From Octopus bimaculoides (Eukaryota), in the NCBI RefSeq assembly GCF_001194135.2, contig NC_068997.1:10906235-10957047 (forward strand): DNA of 50,813 nt. The letters are read 5' to 3'. Numbering within the stretch: the first letter of the stretch is position 1; each line of letters starts with the position of its first letter. Position numbers and translations under genes: made by a program. Under the pieces are notes generated by a model. The model saw nothing but the letters and a program-made list of their open reading frames with translations, was not told the origin of the DNA and searched no databases. Below, one piece after another: positions 12,321 through 26,264 of the stretch.

Positions 12321-12769
12321 CCAACCGCATCAATAACAACCGAAACTTATCAAAGAGCAACAATCTTAATAATGACGGGCACAGAAAATGACAAAGTATT
12401 CAGTGCCATCAACGGAAAAATTAACCAAAGCCCCTACAATAGCAATTATGGAAAACATAAGGGTATGTTACTGCAGTCGTGAGCGACATTTCCAACATCA
12501 CTAAAACAATGAAAGAAGTCCCTGTTCAGATATACACATTATATCTCAGTCCTCTCTCTCACAGTTCTCTGGGATGTCATTTTACAGCGAAGACAATTTT
12601 CCTGGACCATATGCATTGCGTTACATAGTTATATCACTAATATCTCGAGTGAGAGCACATTGTGTATCTGATTTGCTTTGTGTGTCGTCAGAATACGCAA
12701 GCGATGAGAGTTACTAGAATACCTTCCAACACAATTTTTAACGTTGTACTTGTATTATAAAATAATAAT

Positions 12770-12988
12770 AATGGTTTCAAATTTTAGCACGCGACCAGCG
12801 ATTTCGGAGAATTGCAAGTCGATTACAACGACCTTAATGCTCAAACTGTACTTATTTTATCGACCCCGAAAGGACGAGAAATAAAATCGACCTGGGCAGA
12901 ATTTGAACATCAGAACCTAACGACGGACGAAATGCAGCTAAACAGTTTGACCGGCGTGCTAACGATTCGGCCAACTCGCCGCCTTAGG
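12770..12988 (-). mobile_element. SINE family 2, full length
   Basis: TTTCAAATTTTAGCAC...TATCGACCCCGAAAGGA...AACTCGCCGCCTT. Confidence 0.85.
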
Positions 12989-13545
12989 TTAACTATATAT
13001 ATGTTGACTACTGAACTTACTCGATATCTTATAATATTTTCAGTGGGTTGAAATTTCCAAATAAGTTAGATATACTTTTAGTCGTATATTTCAATATTTT
13101 CCAGAGATTGGACAATATGTCTAAACTTATATAATACCCTCATAAATCTAACAAAATAATTCAAGCGAAAATTATTTCTATATTTGCTCAAATTCAAGTC
13201 TATAATTTAAAAGTTGTGTATATCACAAATGTAACTTGAGAAAAATATAAATGTTGCTAAATAGTGAAATTATTTTTTTCCATATTTTTTTTTTTTTGTG
13301 TATGTTAATTATATTATGCGTTTATTCATTCACGTCACGTCCATGCCGCTGACGTTGAGATGCAATTAGTGAAAAAATAAATAACATAACTGTGAGAGTC
13401 ATTATTATGGAGTAAACTTATATAAAAGACATGAATGCAACTCTGGAAGTTACCGAAGTTCTGATTAATTATACAGTGCAATCGTGATTTGAAAACTTAT
13501 TTACATATAAATGCACTCTACTAATGAGACATAAGTGTATTCGCC

Positions 13546-16100
13546 ATGAACGCTACACTGCTTTTTAACAATATCATTTAGTCCGAGTATTTTGTATCCT
13601 CTTATTATTTATTGGTCAGTCGGATTGACAAAGTTGTTGTTGAACTTCAACATGAATTACTGCTGAGAAGAAAGACTTGCGTGGGTTGGTATGTATGAGA
13701 GATAAAGTATTAAAGGATTGACCAAAGTGTTTTGTTCCCCGTTTTGATTGAGTGGATAACAGTTGCACTCACCTTATTATGACTGCTATCGAGTGGACCT
13801 GGGAGGTGTTTTATTATATCTTGCTGATTACGTGTCGTCAAATGATTCTCGTATAGAGACAGGGAAAGAAGACGCGTGTAATTGGGTTACTAGTAGTAAC
13901 AGGTTGATATGTGACATTTTGTTAATAACTATCTAATTAAAAATGAAAGCTAAAGTATTTGTCAGTCTATATTCTCTAGTTCTTGATATATCTGTGCTGC
14001 ATTGTAATATTGACCCTGCTCTCTTTGCAAATGGCAATTAACTTTTTAGGTCTGAAGTATTTCCTCGCTCTGAAATATCATTATATTCTTTGAGCTTTAG
14101 CGTTACTTTCATTAGCTAGAAGAGTCATTGACATATCGATTCTTGCGACATCACCACCAGACTATCGCCCGAAGCACTCTTAACTCTACAAGTGTCACGA
14201 AGTGTGTGTTAACGAATTGTGTTTTCTTTCGATACGAATCTAATAATGTTTATGCAATTGGAAATGCTATAGGATATCAACCCGATTACAACATATAAAT
14301 GACTCACACAGACTTGACTACCAGAGACGCTAGAGGATTGCATGACACGTCAGTGGGTTAGGCTTGTATCTTGTCATAACAAAGCTCAATGTAAATAGCA
14401 AAGTTTCTCACATCATAATTGTGTGGTCCATCAATGAATATATGCACGATAAGACAATATAATGCAAAATAATAATCAATAACATTATTGAGGATGTTAG
14501 TAAGAGTTATAGAGCTTATCTGTGCTTGTGGGTATAACCTGATTTCTGGCATTGACAGATTCCGTTCACAATAGTCCCCATATTTCTAGCTTTATATGAA
14601 ATAACACCAAACAAAATGTCATTGTAATAATTAGGTTATACATTTTTAACATGGACACAACAAAACGCTTGGTAGATTCGATCAGGACCACAATTTTAAT
14701 ATACTTTCAGAAAACATATTTTTAAATCGGCAATATCCATGTTTCCTAAGAAATATGAAAACAATCCTAATAAATAAATACTTAAACACTTAAGAAATCA
14801 TATGAGAGAAAATGATTGGCAGTAAATCAGTCGTAACTGGGGCTAATGAACATTGATTATTTCATACTTGCAGAAAATAGTAGGGTAGTGTAGTAAATAC
14901 TGCATTTATTTTTCACCATTTTAAGATTCCTTGGGAGGTACAAACAACAAAAGTAATATCTCCTGCATGAACATTTTCTCAGCGTTTGTTGCAATTTTAC
15001 TCCTTAGCTCATCACAAATATCTGATATTTCGACAGAATATCAGGTGTATGTCACAACACGTATCATGAAAATCCTACTGGTAATTCCAGTCACAAGTAT
15101 AAGTTGTTGCAGCTTGTATGATCTATTTCTGTTGTAGTGTAGTTTGTTTATCTTGCAAGATAGACAGTGTGTCCACGTGAAGATTACATCACTTTTCCAG
15201 TTCGATCTCACTAAGCCAAGTGAAATAACAGAGTAGAGTAGTTGTGTAGAATAATCAGAGAGCATGCTTCGATTTTGTGAAGTCGTAATGATGTCAGAAA
15301 ATAAACAAGTCAAAATATCATAGAGTTTCATATACATATTTTGATATTCTATATTATCTATGTTAATGCGACACTCACTGAATATTTTTTAAGATGTTAA
15401 CTTGCATCTGAATATACATTTATAAAAGAAACCGAATACAATCTTCACTATTGTTCTGTGACCTTATTTTCATTTATGAAACTAAAATATTCAATATCAC
15501 ATAGTTCCAAATCTCAAACTACCTAAATGTACTTTTAACTGAATGTTTTCAAACACATCTGTGAATGAAATACAAATATACATCTATTTTTATAACACAT
15601 CTCTTTATACTCTATTCCCTGACTTGGTTCCAAAGAAAACAAGTATATTGAATTATTCGACTCATAAAAATAAAGCTGTATATCGTGATGTATATTAAAC
15701 TATTGGAGATCGAAAATATCAGTATATGACAGTAACATTATTGAACAGAATGTACTTTAAGATGAAGGTGATATACAAAATCAGATGTTTTATTACTCTA
15801 AACATAAAATAGTGGTGGATAGCGATAAAGAATAAGGACTTTAGATTGGAAATTTACACCTCGTATACATCACACACTACTCAACGCCATATTATTGCTT
15901 CTGGTACTTGAGTGATTTTAAAGTAAATCTGAACTAGTTAATTGCAAGGCTCACAGAAACAATTCATATAATAACAGCTCATGCAAAACAACTCATAGAA
16001 AATGGGCCCCGCTTCAGGGGAACTATCAACATTAAGCAATATATGGAGAACGTGAAGAGGTACGTAGAAACAAGCCGTTATCAGTTCATGTTTAAAATTA
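13546..16100 (+). pseudogene. Decayed LRR receptor (copy D)
   Basis: ATG 13546 followed, after a frameshift, by signal-like LVRVFCILLLFIGQSD. LRRs NFLGLKYFLALKY (~14040), FFRYESNNVYAIG (~14222), RVIELICACGYNLISGIDRF (~14502), ILLLSSSQISDI (~14993) and VVMMSENKQVKIS (~15283). Confidence 0.6.
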
Positions 16101-17867
16101 TGTGCGCACACACAGGTACATGTGTGTGAGTAAAAATGCATATATACATTCAAATATATGTATGTACATATATAAATCAGAATGTTTAAGAGGTGACTGA
16201 AACCGTAAGAAAAGGCTTGATACCTGCATTATCTCTGAATACATAACTTATATTATTCATTTATATAAAATTTTCATTCTTTTGTTTGATCTAAAGCATG
16301 CAGGCAAAAACCGATTTTCAATTTGAAATCAGCGTTGAAAAACTACTTAGAATCAGTTGAAAACCCCCATGCAACAGCAAATGGCAGAACATGGTTCCCG
16401 AGTGTAAGAGATAACCCTTCTCGAATTATGTTAAGTATCGTTAGACATACATTGTACAGTACATGATTTCTGATTTATGTACACACCATGTGTAGCAAAT
16501 AGCATATACAGCATCTAATGAATAGAATTATCGAAGTGATTTTCTTACCTTTCTAAAACAACACTCTAATTGGCTTCTTTTGGTAATACTTTTAATACGT
16601 CCTTAATGTATGATAAACGTTATCGTTCATAATTAAATATTTAGAACAAGTCGTATGAATACAGCAATGCTCGCAGCTGATTACTCCTAAAAATATTAAC
16701 ACTAGGACAAGGTTGAAAACGTGCAATTTAAAACATATTACAATTCTTTGGAAATGTAACAAATAATTGGAAGATATTAAACTTCTTCATTTATTACAAA
16801 AAGTAATGATTACTATTTGTTGAAGATGTTATATATCTAAATGTGAATGCAAGACAGAAAATGTTTTGAGCTATAGCGTTAAAATCGTGTTACTGAAGAT
16901 AACAAAAATGTTTTAATATTTTATATACCTAACACTGACAAATGCAACACAACAAATTAATGGTTCAATATAATTTTTAGCATAACTTTGAGTTATTTCA
17001 TACTACATAATGCACTTATGAACTTGACGTAGACAAGAATATTAAGTTTGTAAGTTTCACTCTTCCAACATAAATAGGCATGTAGATATAGCCATAACAA
17101 TAGGCTGCATGTTGCCTGTGCGGTGATGAAATATGTGAAAGTGAAGTAAAGGTGTATGAAAAGAATATGATGTACTAGAGGTTTTTTGAATATTATGTAA
17201 TAGAGCATTTAGCTGACTTATATTAGTTTTGTATTAGAATGAAAAGCAAGAGCTTCAAATAGCACCAGGATTGTTATAATGTAGTGTTAGGCATCATAGA
17301 TATGAAACCTGTGAGCGGGTGGTTACTTCGATGGAACCCACTATCCGTTGTCACATAGATGGAACATCTTCGATATCATTCGGTTGGCTTTTCACCCAAA
17401 TGCCTTTCAAATCAGATCTCACTTTCTTAGGCTTGTACAGTATAGGATGTGATAGCAAATCTAAAAACATCAAACAATGCAGTTGGTTAAAGATGGATTG
17501 TGTAGCCCGTAGTCCTGGTTCAAATGCTTGTGAAAAAGTGAATTCGATTCAAGCACCAAAGCAATGTAACAGTATTAAACTGGGTAGCAGAATAAGGCAC
17601 TATGTATGAACAAAGTTTAGGTAAGGCTCTCTTCAATGTTTCCTAGAAAATTTCCTTTAAAGGTATGAGATTATCTGAGGCTATGGCAGAATAATTTGGT
17701 TAGGTTGAAGAAAAGTTTGATCGAAAAGGGAACCATGTGATTGTAAAGTAAGCTTATCTTAATTCTCAAACGAGGCATCTAAAGCGGACTCGAAACATTA
17801 TCTAAAGTCATTTTAAATCAAAGACGTTCTGTCAATCGGAAAGATGTGATTTAAATATTTAAATAAT

Positions 17868-18100
17868 AATGGATTCAAATTTTGCCACAAAGGCAACAAT
17901 TTTGTGTGTGTGTGTGTGGGGGGGGGTGATAATTCGATTACATCGACCTCAGTGTTTTCCTGGTACTTAATTTCTCGATCCTGAAAAGAACGAAGGTAAA
18001 GTCGACCTCGGCGGAATTTGAACTCAGAATGTAGCGGCAGACGAAAAACTGCTTAGTATTTTGCCCGGCGCGCCAACAATTCCACCGGCTCATCGCTTTT
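17868..18100 (-). mobile_element. SINE family 2, full length, G-tract expanded into (GT)n(G)n
   Basis: GTCGACCTCGGCGGAATTTGAACTCAGAA is shared with 39725-39750. Confidence 0.85.
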
Positions 18101-18168
18101 AAGTATTTAAATAATAATAATGATGCAACTGATAAATATTTGCTAATCTTGAAGTATACCTATGTATG

Positions 18169-18312
<144 letters not shown>

Positions 18313-19689
18313 TACAACGTATATTAGCGTTTATCTTATTCAGTTAAGACTTCACACTTAAAGCGTCTGTAGTGACATACTTTATGTTATATTTTATATT
18401 TACAAGCAATGGCTACGAGTGTTTGTCTGTAATAATTGTTCCAAAGAATATGAATATTTTCATTACACTATATCTTCTAATGTTGGCTTGCAAGGCAATT
18501 ATTTCTGACGAGAACATTATTAAAGTGGCAATAACATTTATCTGTAGAACGTTTATGGAATTCATAATTACTTCAATTAAATACGAAATTACTTCGAGAG
18601 AAGTAATAACAATTGAAGGGTTAAGTCCAAATGGCCATTATATGATTACTTCTTATGGTGGAAGGTTGGTACTTGTACTTGCAGTAGATTGCCATGAATC
18701 TCAGGGAGTGCATTAAGGTCAAATCATCTAGTAGCGAATATTGTTCTATAGGCTGTTGATAGCAACCAGAAGTTGAAAGAAGTGACCTTCAGAGCTTAGC
18801 CATAAATTCAAGCATTTCTAAGCCTGTTGAGAATTTAACAAATATCTATATTGTTTCCACAAATGATAATTGATAATTCATAGAAGTTTAATCATTACGA
18901 ATGAACTTGCTTGGGATGGTTTATTGTCTATTTTAGATAATATGGAAGAAGCAACGGACAAACTGTGTAGAAAAAAAACCCTTCAAGATACTGAGTCAAA
19001 AACCATTGACTATAATCTTGTTCAAGATCATTAGCTTTTTAGATCTGAAGTGGTTTCCATAATTTGATTTCCATAATTTCTGAAATGGTTTATATAATTT
19101 CTTTGAACATAAAATATTTAGCATAGTCGAAAAACTTTAGTTTGTTCTTAGCAATGATGATGTCATTTTCTTATATATATTTATATATATATATATGTAC
19201 ATATTTGTGTACGTGTAATCACGGCAGGTTTCCACATTTTCTGTATATTAAAGTCCAGTCAACATTCATCGACCAATAAAATGCTTTGGTAGAATATCTT
19301 TTATGTACTTTCAAAGCGAATTTCTGAATTATGCAGCCATGTCATTTTATAGTTCTTTCTATTTCAAATCTCGTAAGAAATTTCGAATATACCGAATCTG
19401 ATGTTAAACGTGTCTTTTCTGACAAAAATGAATCGCTTTTAAGAGTCTAAAGATTATTATTTCTCCAAATCATTTTTACACCCGTCGGGCAATTTTGTCT
19501 CTTCTTTCTTGAATTCAAATTAGTTTTATTCATATGTCACAGTCCGTATATTGTATTAAGCTATACAGATATAGAATATGCTTGCAATATTTAATTTCCT
19601 TTCCGAATTTGATTGACATTTTTGATATACGTTTTTGTACAGTAAGTCAAAACCGGTCCAAAAGCTCGCTTAATAACGGAGGAAGATGG

Positions 19690-19990
19690 TATTGCTACTA
19701 AAACGCCAAAAGTGAACATGTGATACCGGCGCTGCTAATGGGAGGAAATCCACAGATAATGCATATGAAATATCTTACTGAAAGCTATAAGAAAGCCGCG
19801 ATATGGAGCAAACTTCATTCATCAAGGACAGCAGCAAGAAACAAGGGACGTCAGAACTATGACGCAAACTGAAGCACTGATAAGCAGCTATAAATGTGAA
19901 CAACTGCAATCTATTGCCAAAGATCGAGACAGATGGAAATCTTTATTGCCGGACTATGTTCCATATGGAGTCAAATGCATTGAAACTAAG
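19690..19990 (+). mobile_element. Degenerate RTE-like LINE 3' fragment
   Basis: Translation EQLQSIAKDRDRWKSLLPDYVPYG resembles the RTE C-terminal AQDRxRWRSL motif. Confidence 0.55.
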
Positions 19991-20049
19991 TATTTCTGAG
20001 TGAATCAATGAATATTTATGAAATCGTAGCAGTTAAATATTGAATAATA

Positions 20050-21310
20050 CACCATTAGCTTGCAGACACACTCTCCAAAAAAATATATAAGATGCTCATT
20101 TCGAAAATATAAAGAAAGCGTTTAGCTATATCGACGCTTTTGAAGGCTGTCGAATAAAACAAACTGGAGCTGAATTAAGAAACTAACTCCCGCTGCGAAA
20201 ATATAGAATTATCTAGAATTAATCATGAAACTTACATTTTTAAACCGTGGGGAGATGTTTCACTAGATAGTAACCTGTTTTAGTAGTTACGTAAAATGAA
20301 TAAGTTGTTATTGTTCTTGTTTATGTCCAGATCAGCTCTGAAGACATGAACAAAATTTGTATTGGCGCTACTCTTCCAATTCCTACCCAGACATAAAAAA
20401 AGTTAGATGTCAATTGTATGATAGCTGGTGTCCTAATTACTATGAAAGTAATTACCTACCTGTTTAACATTACTGCCACCATGAGTAAGCAACGATTTTA
20501 TGAGCTATTGTGAGGTTCATGTAATTATTAAATACCCTAGTTTTCACAATTGCAAATTACGGTTCTGATTGCTTCATCACATATATTGGAAAGTATTGAA
20601 ATGATATATAATTGAGCATCATATTGAAGCATTATCACGAATTACCATATTGCGAATTGCATATAAGGCGCGTTATATTAAAATACATAACTGATTATAG
20701 AATGATTACTGGCAACAATGGAAAATGAAAAGTAGCGTCGATTAGCTGTGTAATAGTCTCAATTATATAATCATTCCGATTTCGTATCTATCACAGAATA
20801 GATGTAAATCAAACAAGATTATTATTCATACATGCTATTATTTTATACAAGTTATCGTTTATTACATTAAATCATCTCATTTAGTAATTTTTGTTTCTTT
20901 TCATAAACACCTACCGTTTATGATTTTCCGTGAAGCACGGAACCATTTTTACTTGTGCAAAATATATAAGAAAATGTTTAGCAAAGTTAATAAGGTAATG
21001 AGTGTTGCAGTAATGTCTTTTGCTGTATTTCTAATCGATAACCACAGTTACTGTTAGGCTTTGTAAATTTAATATTATTGATACACCTTCATTAGCCAGT
21101 AATATATTTATATTTCCTATAACATTATGATAACAATAGCGTAATTTCTTTATTTTAGCGCTGTAAGACGCATTAACTATTCTGCTGGCGAAAAGGATAT
21201 TAATACCTAGCTGCTGCTATTTTGTTGCAATATCAGATCGGAAACAGATGAAAACGATCACCTTGCAATATTGTTATATGAGTCACTAACTTTTGAGCAT
21301 CATACTTCTA
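20050..21310 (+). pseudogene. Decayed LRR remnant (copy F)
   Basis: AFSYIDAFEGCRIKQ (~20117); EALSRITILRIAY (~20626); ALTILLAKRILIPSCCYF (~21170, LRRCT-entry-like). Confidence 0.5.
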
Positions 21311-21334
21311 TGACCAATTTTTTTTCTAATATAT

Positions 21335-21540
21335 ATAAAAGGCCTGAAATTTTGTGAGTGGGGGGGGGGAGTTGGTTACATAGACCCAAGTGCTCGACTG
21401 GAAATTATTTTATCGACCCCGAACAGATAAAAGGAAAAACTGACATCAGCAGAACTCGAAATCAGAAAGTAAAATCGGAAAAAAATTCCGCTAGCATTTT
21501 ATCGGTTCTGCTAATAAATTCTTTCAGCTCACCGACTTCA
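21335..21540 (-). mobile_element. SINE family 2, diverged
   Basis: TTTTATCGACCCCGAACAGAT...CAGCTCACCGACTT. Confidence 0.75.
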
Positions 21541-21689
21541 TACATACATTCAGGAAACACATCTTGCAAGTTTTTTTTAAATTGCTACATTGCACTAAAT
21601 TCCAGGGAAAACGCCCTTAATAATCCAGTGTTAAAGCTTCATTTTCCGATAGGAAGAAATTTTTCTCCATGATGTACCATATAGCTACC

Positions 21690-22050
21690 TACCTACCTAC
21701 CTACATACATACATACATGATGGCTACCCCATCATTATCGAGTATGGCCATTGCACACGGCTTAAACTGTCAACAGTGCTGTGATCGAACGTGACTTTTT
21801 AGCCCAGCTAAGGATCTACAATGTCTTGTACAGAATTGGCAACGAAAACCTTTACCGGCAATGGCTGGCTGTAGTTATAACTGGGCTTCATGTACCTTTC
21901 CATGTTGTTTAAGTTCTCCCACCGATTTGCACTCCCTTACACATGACTGACAGATGTGATTACTATGGTGTGTAGCACATCCCATACAAAGAAGTATTCT
22001 AGTAAACCTCGATTTGGAGCAAAGTCGACCACTTGGACGCATATTGACCA
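21690..22050 (-). mobile_element. 5'-truncated RTE-clade LINE 3' end with two C2H2 zinc fingers
   Basis: Minus frame reads HICQSCVRECKSVGELKQHGKVHE * ...FRCQFCTRHCRSLAGLKSHVRSQH*, then a short tail and an (ATGT)n/(AGGT)n simple-repeat tail at 21685-21718. A C-terminal CxxC...GLxSH finger is typical of RTE ORF2. Confidence 0.8.
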
Positions 22051-22479
22051 AAGATAATAGGCAAAAGACATAAGCTATATATGTTATACGTGTGATATTA
22101 CCGAAACGCCATAGTGGCATGGGAATATCAGCCGTACAGGTAAATTAATTGAATGAATACACATATATAAATAAGACACGTGCTTTTATATATATAAACA
22201 AGGGTAGTATATGAGTATCTTCATCGCTAAAAATAGAAGTCAAAAATACTTCAGTGCCACGGAATAGTCTATATATATATATATATTAGAATATATTCTT
22301 ATTAACATCAGGAAACGAATATTAGAAAATTCTTCAGAAAGATATATATACGTGTGTAAAATAATTGTTGTATTCAAAATATAAATATATATAAATATAT
22401 GTAAATATGTATAAGTATAAATATATAATATATATGGAAGTTTAAAAGTTTTAAATTAAGTTTTTAAAGCATCCTACGT

Positions 22480-23281
22480 TCGTTTCACAGAAGTGCTGTC
22501 CCTATAATGGAATCCTATATTGATAAGCATTTATAGACATCTCTTCTGCACTTCAGAGATATAAAATTTGAATTTTGCATAATATATCGAATGGTAAAAT
22601 TACTGCTTTTGATTTTGGTATGAGAATCTTGAAATTCATATATGCCTCCTTGGTAATTCTTTTGTTGTAATCCATAATAATTATGTATAAATTCCATTAT
22701 ATTCTCCTGTATTACAAATATAGTTCATAGACTTAAATACTATAAAATAAAATGATGTGAAATTTTATGTGAAGTTATAAAAAGTTTTTAATTTTTAATT
22801 TATATTTCAAACAAACACAATTTTATCATATTACTTCATATTAAAAAAAAAACTACCATTCGATATATTACACAAAATTCAAATTGTATATCACGGAAGA
22901 GTTGTCTATAAATGCTTATCAAAATAGGATTCCATTATTGTGACAGTACTTCTGTGAAACGATCGTAAGATGCTTTAAAAACTTAATTGAAAACTTTTAA
23001 ACTGTCATATATATTATATATTTATACTTATAAATATTTACATATATTTACATATATTTATATTTTTAATACAACAATTATTTTACACACGTATATATAT
23101 CTTTCTGCAGAATTTTCTAATATTGATTTCCTGATATTAATAATAATATATTATAAAATATATATAATCGCTCGTATTAAATACATAAATACTTTAACAG
23201 TATTAATACTTTGATACAATAGAACCCTCAATATAAATTCAGTATATAATATTCTCAGTGAATATATTTAGCTAACGATTG

Positions 23282-23339
<58 letters not shown>

Positions 23340-24733
23340 ATATATATCCTGTGCCTATACACGTGAGTGCGTGTGTGTGTGGCTGCGTATAAATATATTC
23401 ACCCATATAAGTATGAGTATGGTTGTACACAAGCAAATACGCACCCACATATGTTTCACTTGGTAGATATATATCATTCAATTTACTTCAGATGAACCAC
23501 TAAAATTGAATTTTTCTAACAAATGATGATAAAACTAATTTTCATTCTTAAAATTATATTAATGAAGAATCTGATACCCAAGAAAACTTTGTCATATATC
23601 ATCATTTATATGTGTATAACGTGTATATATATGTATAAAATAATTTTGTGAATTTGCTCTTTACGTTTATGTTGTGGAAAATTGTTCACACACGTTCACT
23701 CAACATTATCTTTTAAATTTTCCTGTTCTAAATTATATATACATTCAAAATTTAATATCGGAGATACTGTTTACATAAATCAATGCTGGATACAATTTTA
23801 GCCGTCAATTTTCCCGTTAATAATATATAGATATTAGGAATTGTTGTCTTAGTGAAACGAAAGTGCGAAATGTTTTCTTTATAAATTTTCCATGATGGAG
23901 AAAATAATTTCAGTAGTAATATAGTTGGGAACGAGATTGGGTTTTTCGATTATATTCAACATTGGATATCTAAGATTCAGCTGACACTGGCAACGCTTCA
24001 ACATTCTCATATCAAACAGCACGGTTGGTACTATTCTTGTCCTTATAATTACTACGACTACAATCACAAGCAATATGTCCAGTTACATTCTGTCTGAGAA
24101 CTGGACTACGGCCAAATCATTTTATGTGTTACGCCCACCACGAACAAAATACCAGACAACATCAGCAATGAAAGCACCATTACCATGACAATTTTCTCTT
24201 GTAATAATACTATTTCCTCGTTGCAATCATGTTCAAGGGTAATAATTAATACTTCGTTATGAGCGCTAATAATATATTTCCAAACTATTTACTGAAGTAT
24301 TTACAACAAAGTAAAACACCGCTACTTTCAACGTTATCTTTAATATCTCTAAGACAGCCACCAGTAGTCATCAGTATTAACCAGTCAAGAAGCTGATTGG
24401 AATACGGTAGTAACATCATATGAGCTATTATTAACACATTGATCACAATTTCTTCTTTCTTCTCCAAAGGAATTATTAAAAGCATCTTAAACGATACTGA
24501 CTTATCCATCATTTAGTACCATATTCTTTCTTTACAAAATTAGGAAGAAATCTAAATTGATAACTATCATGGTTCCCCGCCCGATCTATCTGTGGTAAGA
24601 AATTTACCAAATACATGGCTCCGGTTTCAGTCCTATTGCGTGGTACCTTGGGCACGTGTCGTCTACAATAGCTTCGGACCCAGAAAAGCCTTGTGGATCC
24701 GTTGAAAAAAAATATATATACACGTGTATGCGG

Positions 24734-24765
<32 letters not shown>

Positions 24766-25440
24766 NNNNNNNNNNNNNNNNNNNNNNNNNNNNNNNNNNN
24801 NNNNNNNNNNNNNNNNNNNNNNNNNNNNNNNNNNNNNNNNNNNNNNNNNNNNNNNNNNNNNNNNNNNNNNNNNNNNNNNNNNNNNNNNNNNNNNNNNNNN
24901 NNNNNNNNNNNNNNNNNNNNNNNNNNNNNNNNNNNNNNNNNNNNNNNNNNNNNNNNNNNNNNNNNNNNNNNNNNNNNNNNNNNNNNNNNNNNNNNNNNNN
25001 NNNNNNNNNNNNNNNNNNNNNNNNNNNNNNNNNNNNNNNNNNNNNNNNNNNNNNNNNNNNNNNNNNNNNNNNNNNNNNNNNNNNNNNNNNNTATATATAT
25101 ATATATATCGACCATGTATAATACGATTCCTGAAATAGTATTTGCATATTCTTGAAATGCTGGGTATTAATTTTGGAGGAAAAATCTCAAAATTGAAGCA
25201 AAACAGTCCTTACGGAAGATTGTGTTCCTGATATATGATGGTCATATAATGTAAATTATCTGAACTGAACTGGAGACAAATGTTATTGTGTTAACAATTA
25301 AGCACATGTGGGATGACCTTTCGGAGAATGGCATTTGTAAATCACAAAGTTTCTGTCAGGATTTGCTTATCTTCTTGATTCCTTTCGAAAATGTAAAATT
25401 CTCAATGCTAAATCATCTAGAATATAATTGCCAGAAATCT
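22480..25440 (+). pseudogene. Decayed LRR-LRRCT receptor (copy G), interrupted by microsatellites, a SINE and a gap
   Basis: ILHNISNGKITAFDF (~22573); IVGNEIGFFDY (~23904); FVMSANNIF and PLLSTLSL (~24254-24340); LRRCT NVNYLN*TGDKCYCVNN (~25249) and ENGICKSQ...LNHLEYNC (~25324-25431). Confidence 0.6.
24588..24765 (+). mobile_element. SINE family 1 head half
   Basis: TGTGGTAAGAA...TTCAGTCCTATTGCGTGGTACCTTGGGCACGTGTCGTCTACAATAGC, then (TG)n and a gap. Confidence 0.8.
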
Positions 25441-26009
25441 CCATGAGAATTATCTTACATATCGCAAAATCAAACAAAGAAGCAATTATTTTTCTTCGTA
25501 AAACCGAAGACCAAATACAGGTTAGGAAGTTTCAGGTTATAAAATACAGGTTAGAAATGTTTAATCCATAGTTAATCAATGCGAAACAATGGGTTCAACG
25601 AGCTTTTTTCTATTACAACACTATTTAGAGAGAAATAACCGTCATTTGTTTTATAGAAAGTTATCCTATTCAAATATGTAAGATTATAGCTAGAATAAAA
25701 CTATCAACGTGAATAATCATACAGATATAGGGTAAAAATTAATAATTAATTGATAATTAGTAATTTTACCAAATAGTTCGGTGCGTTAAAAACAATTATC
25801 GTTAAATGTATAAACACAATTTAAAATTTAGGGTTCAGCAAGTGTTGCTTCACTACACACCGAAAATTAGAAATAGCAGCCAAAAACTACTATTTCTCTA
25901 CTACAATAAAACTCCCACAAAAAATCAGTAATACTCGCAAAATACAAATGTAAAAAAGGAACAAAATAACGAATCTACCCGACCTTGATTAATTGTGGAC
26001 GCGCGCTAT

Positions 26010-26222
26010 ATATTCTTTCTTTTATTCTTTTACTTGTTTCAGTCATTTGACTGCGGCCATGCTGGAGCACCACCTTTAGTCGAGCAAGTCAACCCCGGGG
26101 CTTAATCTTTGTAAGCCTAGTACTTATTCTATCGGTCTCTTTTGCCGAACCGCTAGGTGACGGGGACATAAACACACCAGTATCGGTTGTCAAGCAATGC
26201 TAGGGGGACAAACACAGACACA

Positions 26223-26264
<42 letters not shown>
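26010..26264 (-). mobile_element. SINE family 1 tail half running into (CA)n and a gap
   Basis: Inverted homolog of 6470-6605 (TTTTGCCGAACCGCTAGGTGACGGGGAC), with a (TTCTTTTA)-like tail. Confidence 0.85.

Larger units (their letters stand above)
7650..12700 (+). pseudogene. Fragmented LRR receptor remnant with Thr-rich stalk (copy C); may be more than one gene
   Basis: ISELFISK (~7753); LHLTHAKTIY*CQKISI (~9680); LIDQTGENNLQTVIAMKFDESQRVIRFYV (~10977-11063, fits LxLxxNxLxxLxxxxFxxLxxLxxLxL); EIIFQNLLS (~11504); AEC...TTC cap end (~11681-11730); Thr-rich open frame 12162-12482. Confidence 0.55.

Noticed and set aside
14970-15050. MNIF-starting signal-peptide-like segments at 14970 and 18450 as separate gene starts
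   Set aside because: Both read better as internal LRR units (e.g. ILLLSSSQISDI) of copies D and E.
16190-16415. Possible DNA-transposon termini here, at 25740-26010 and at 39960-40490
   Set aside because: They look repeat-like, but I found no matching TIR, second copy or coding remnant in the window.
24375-24445. DWNTVVTSYELL, resembling a SNF2 motif
   Set aside because: Bounded by stops, with no splice support and no other SNF2 motifs.
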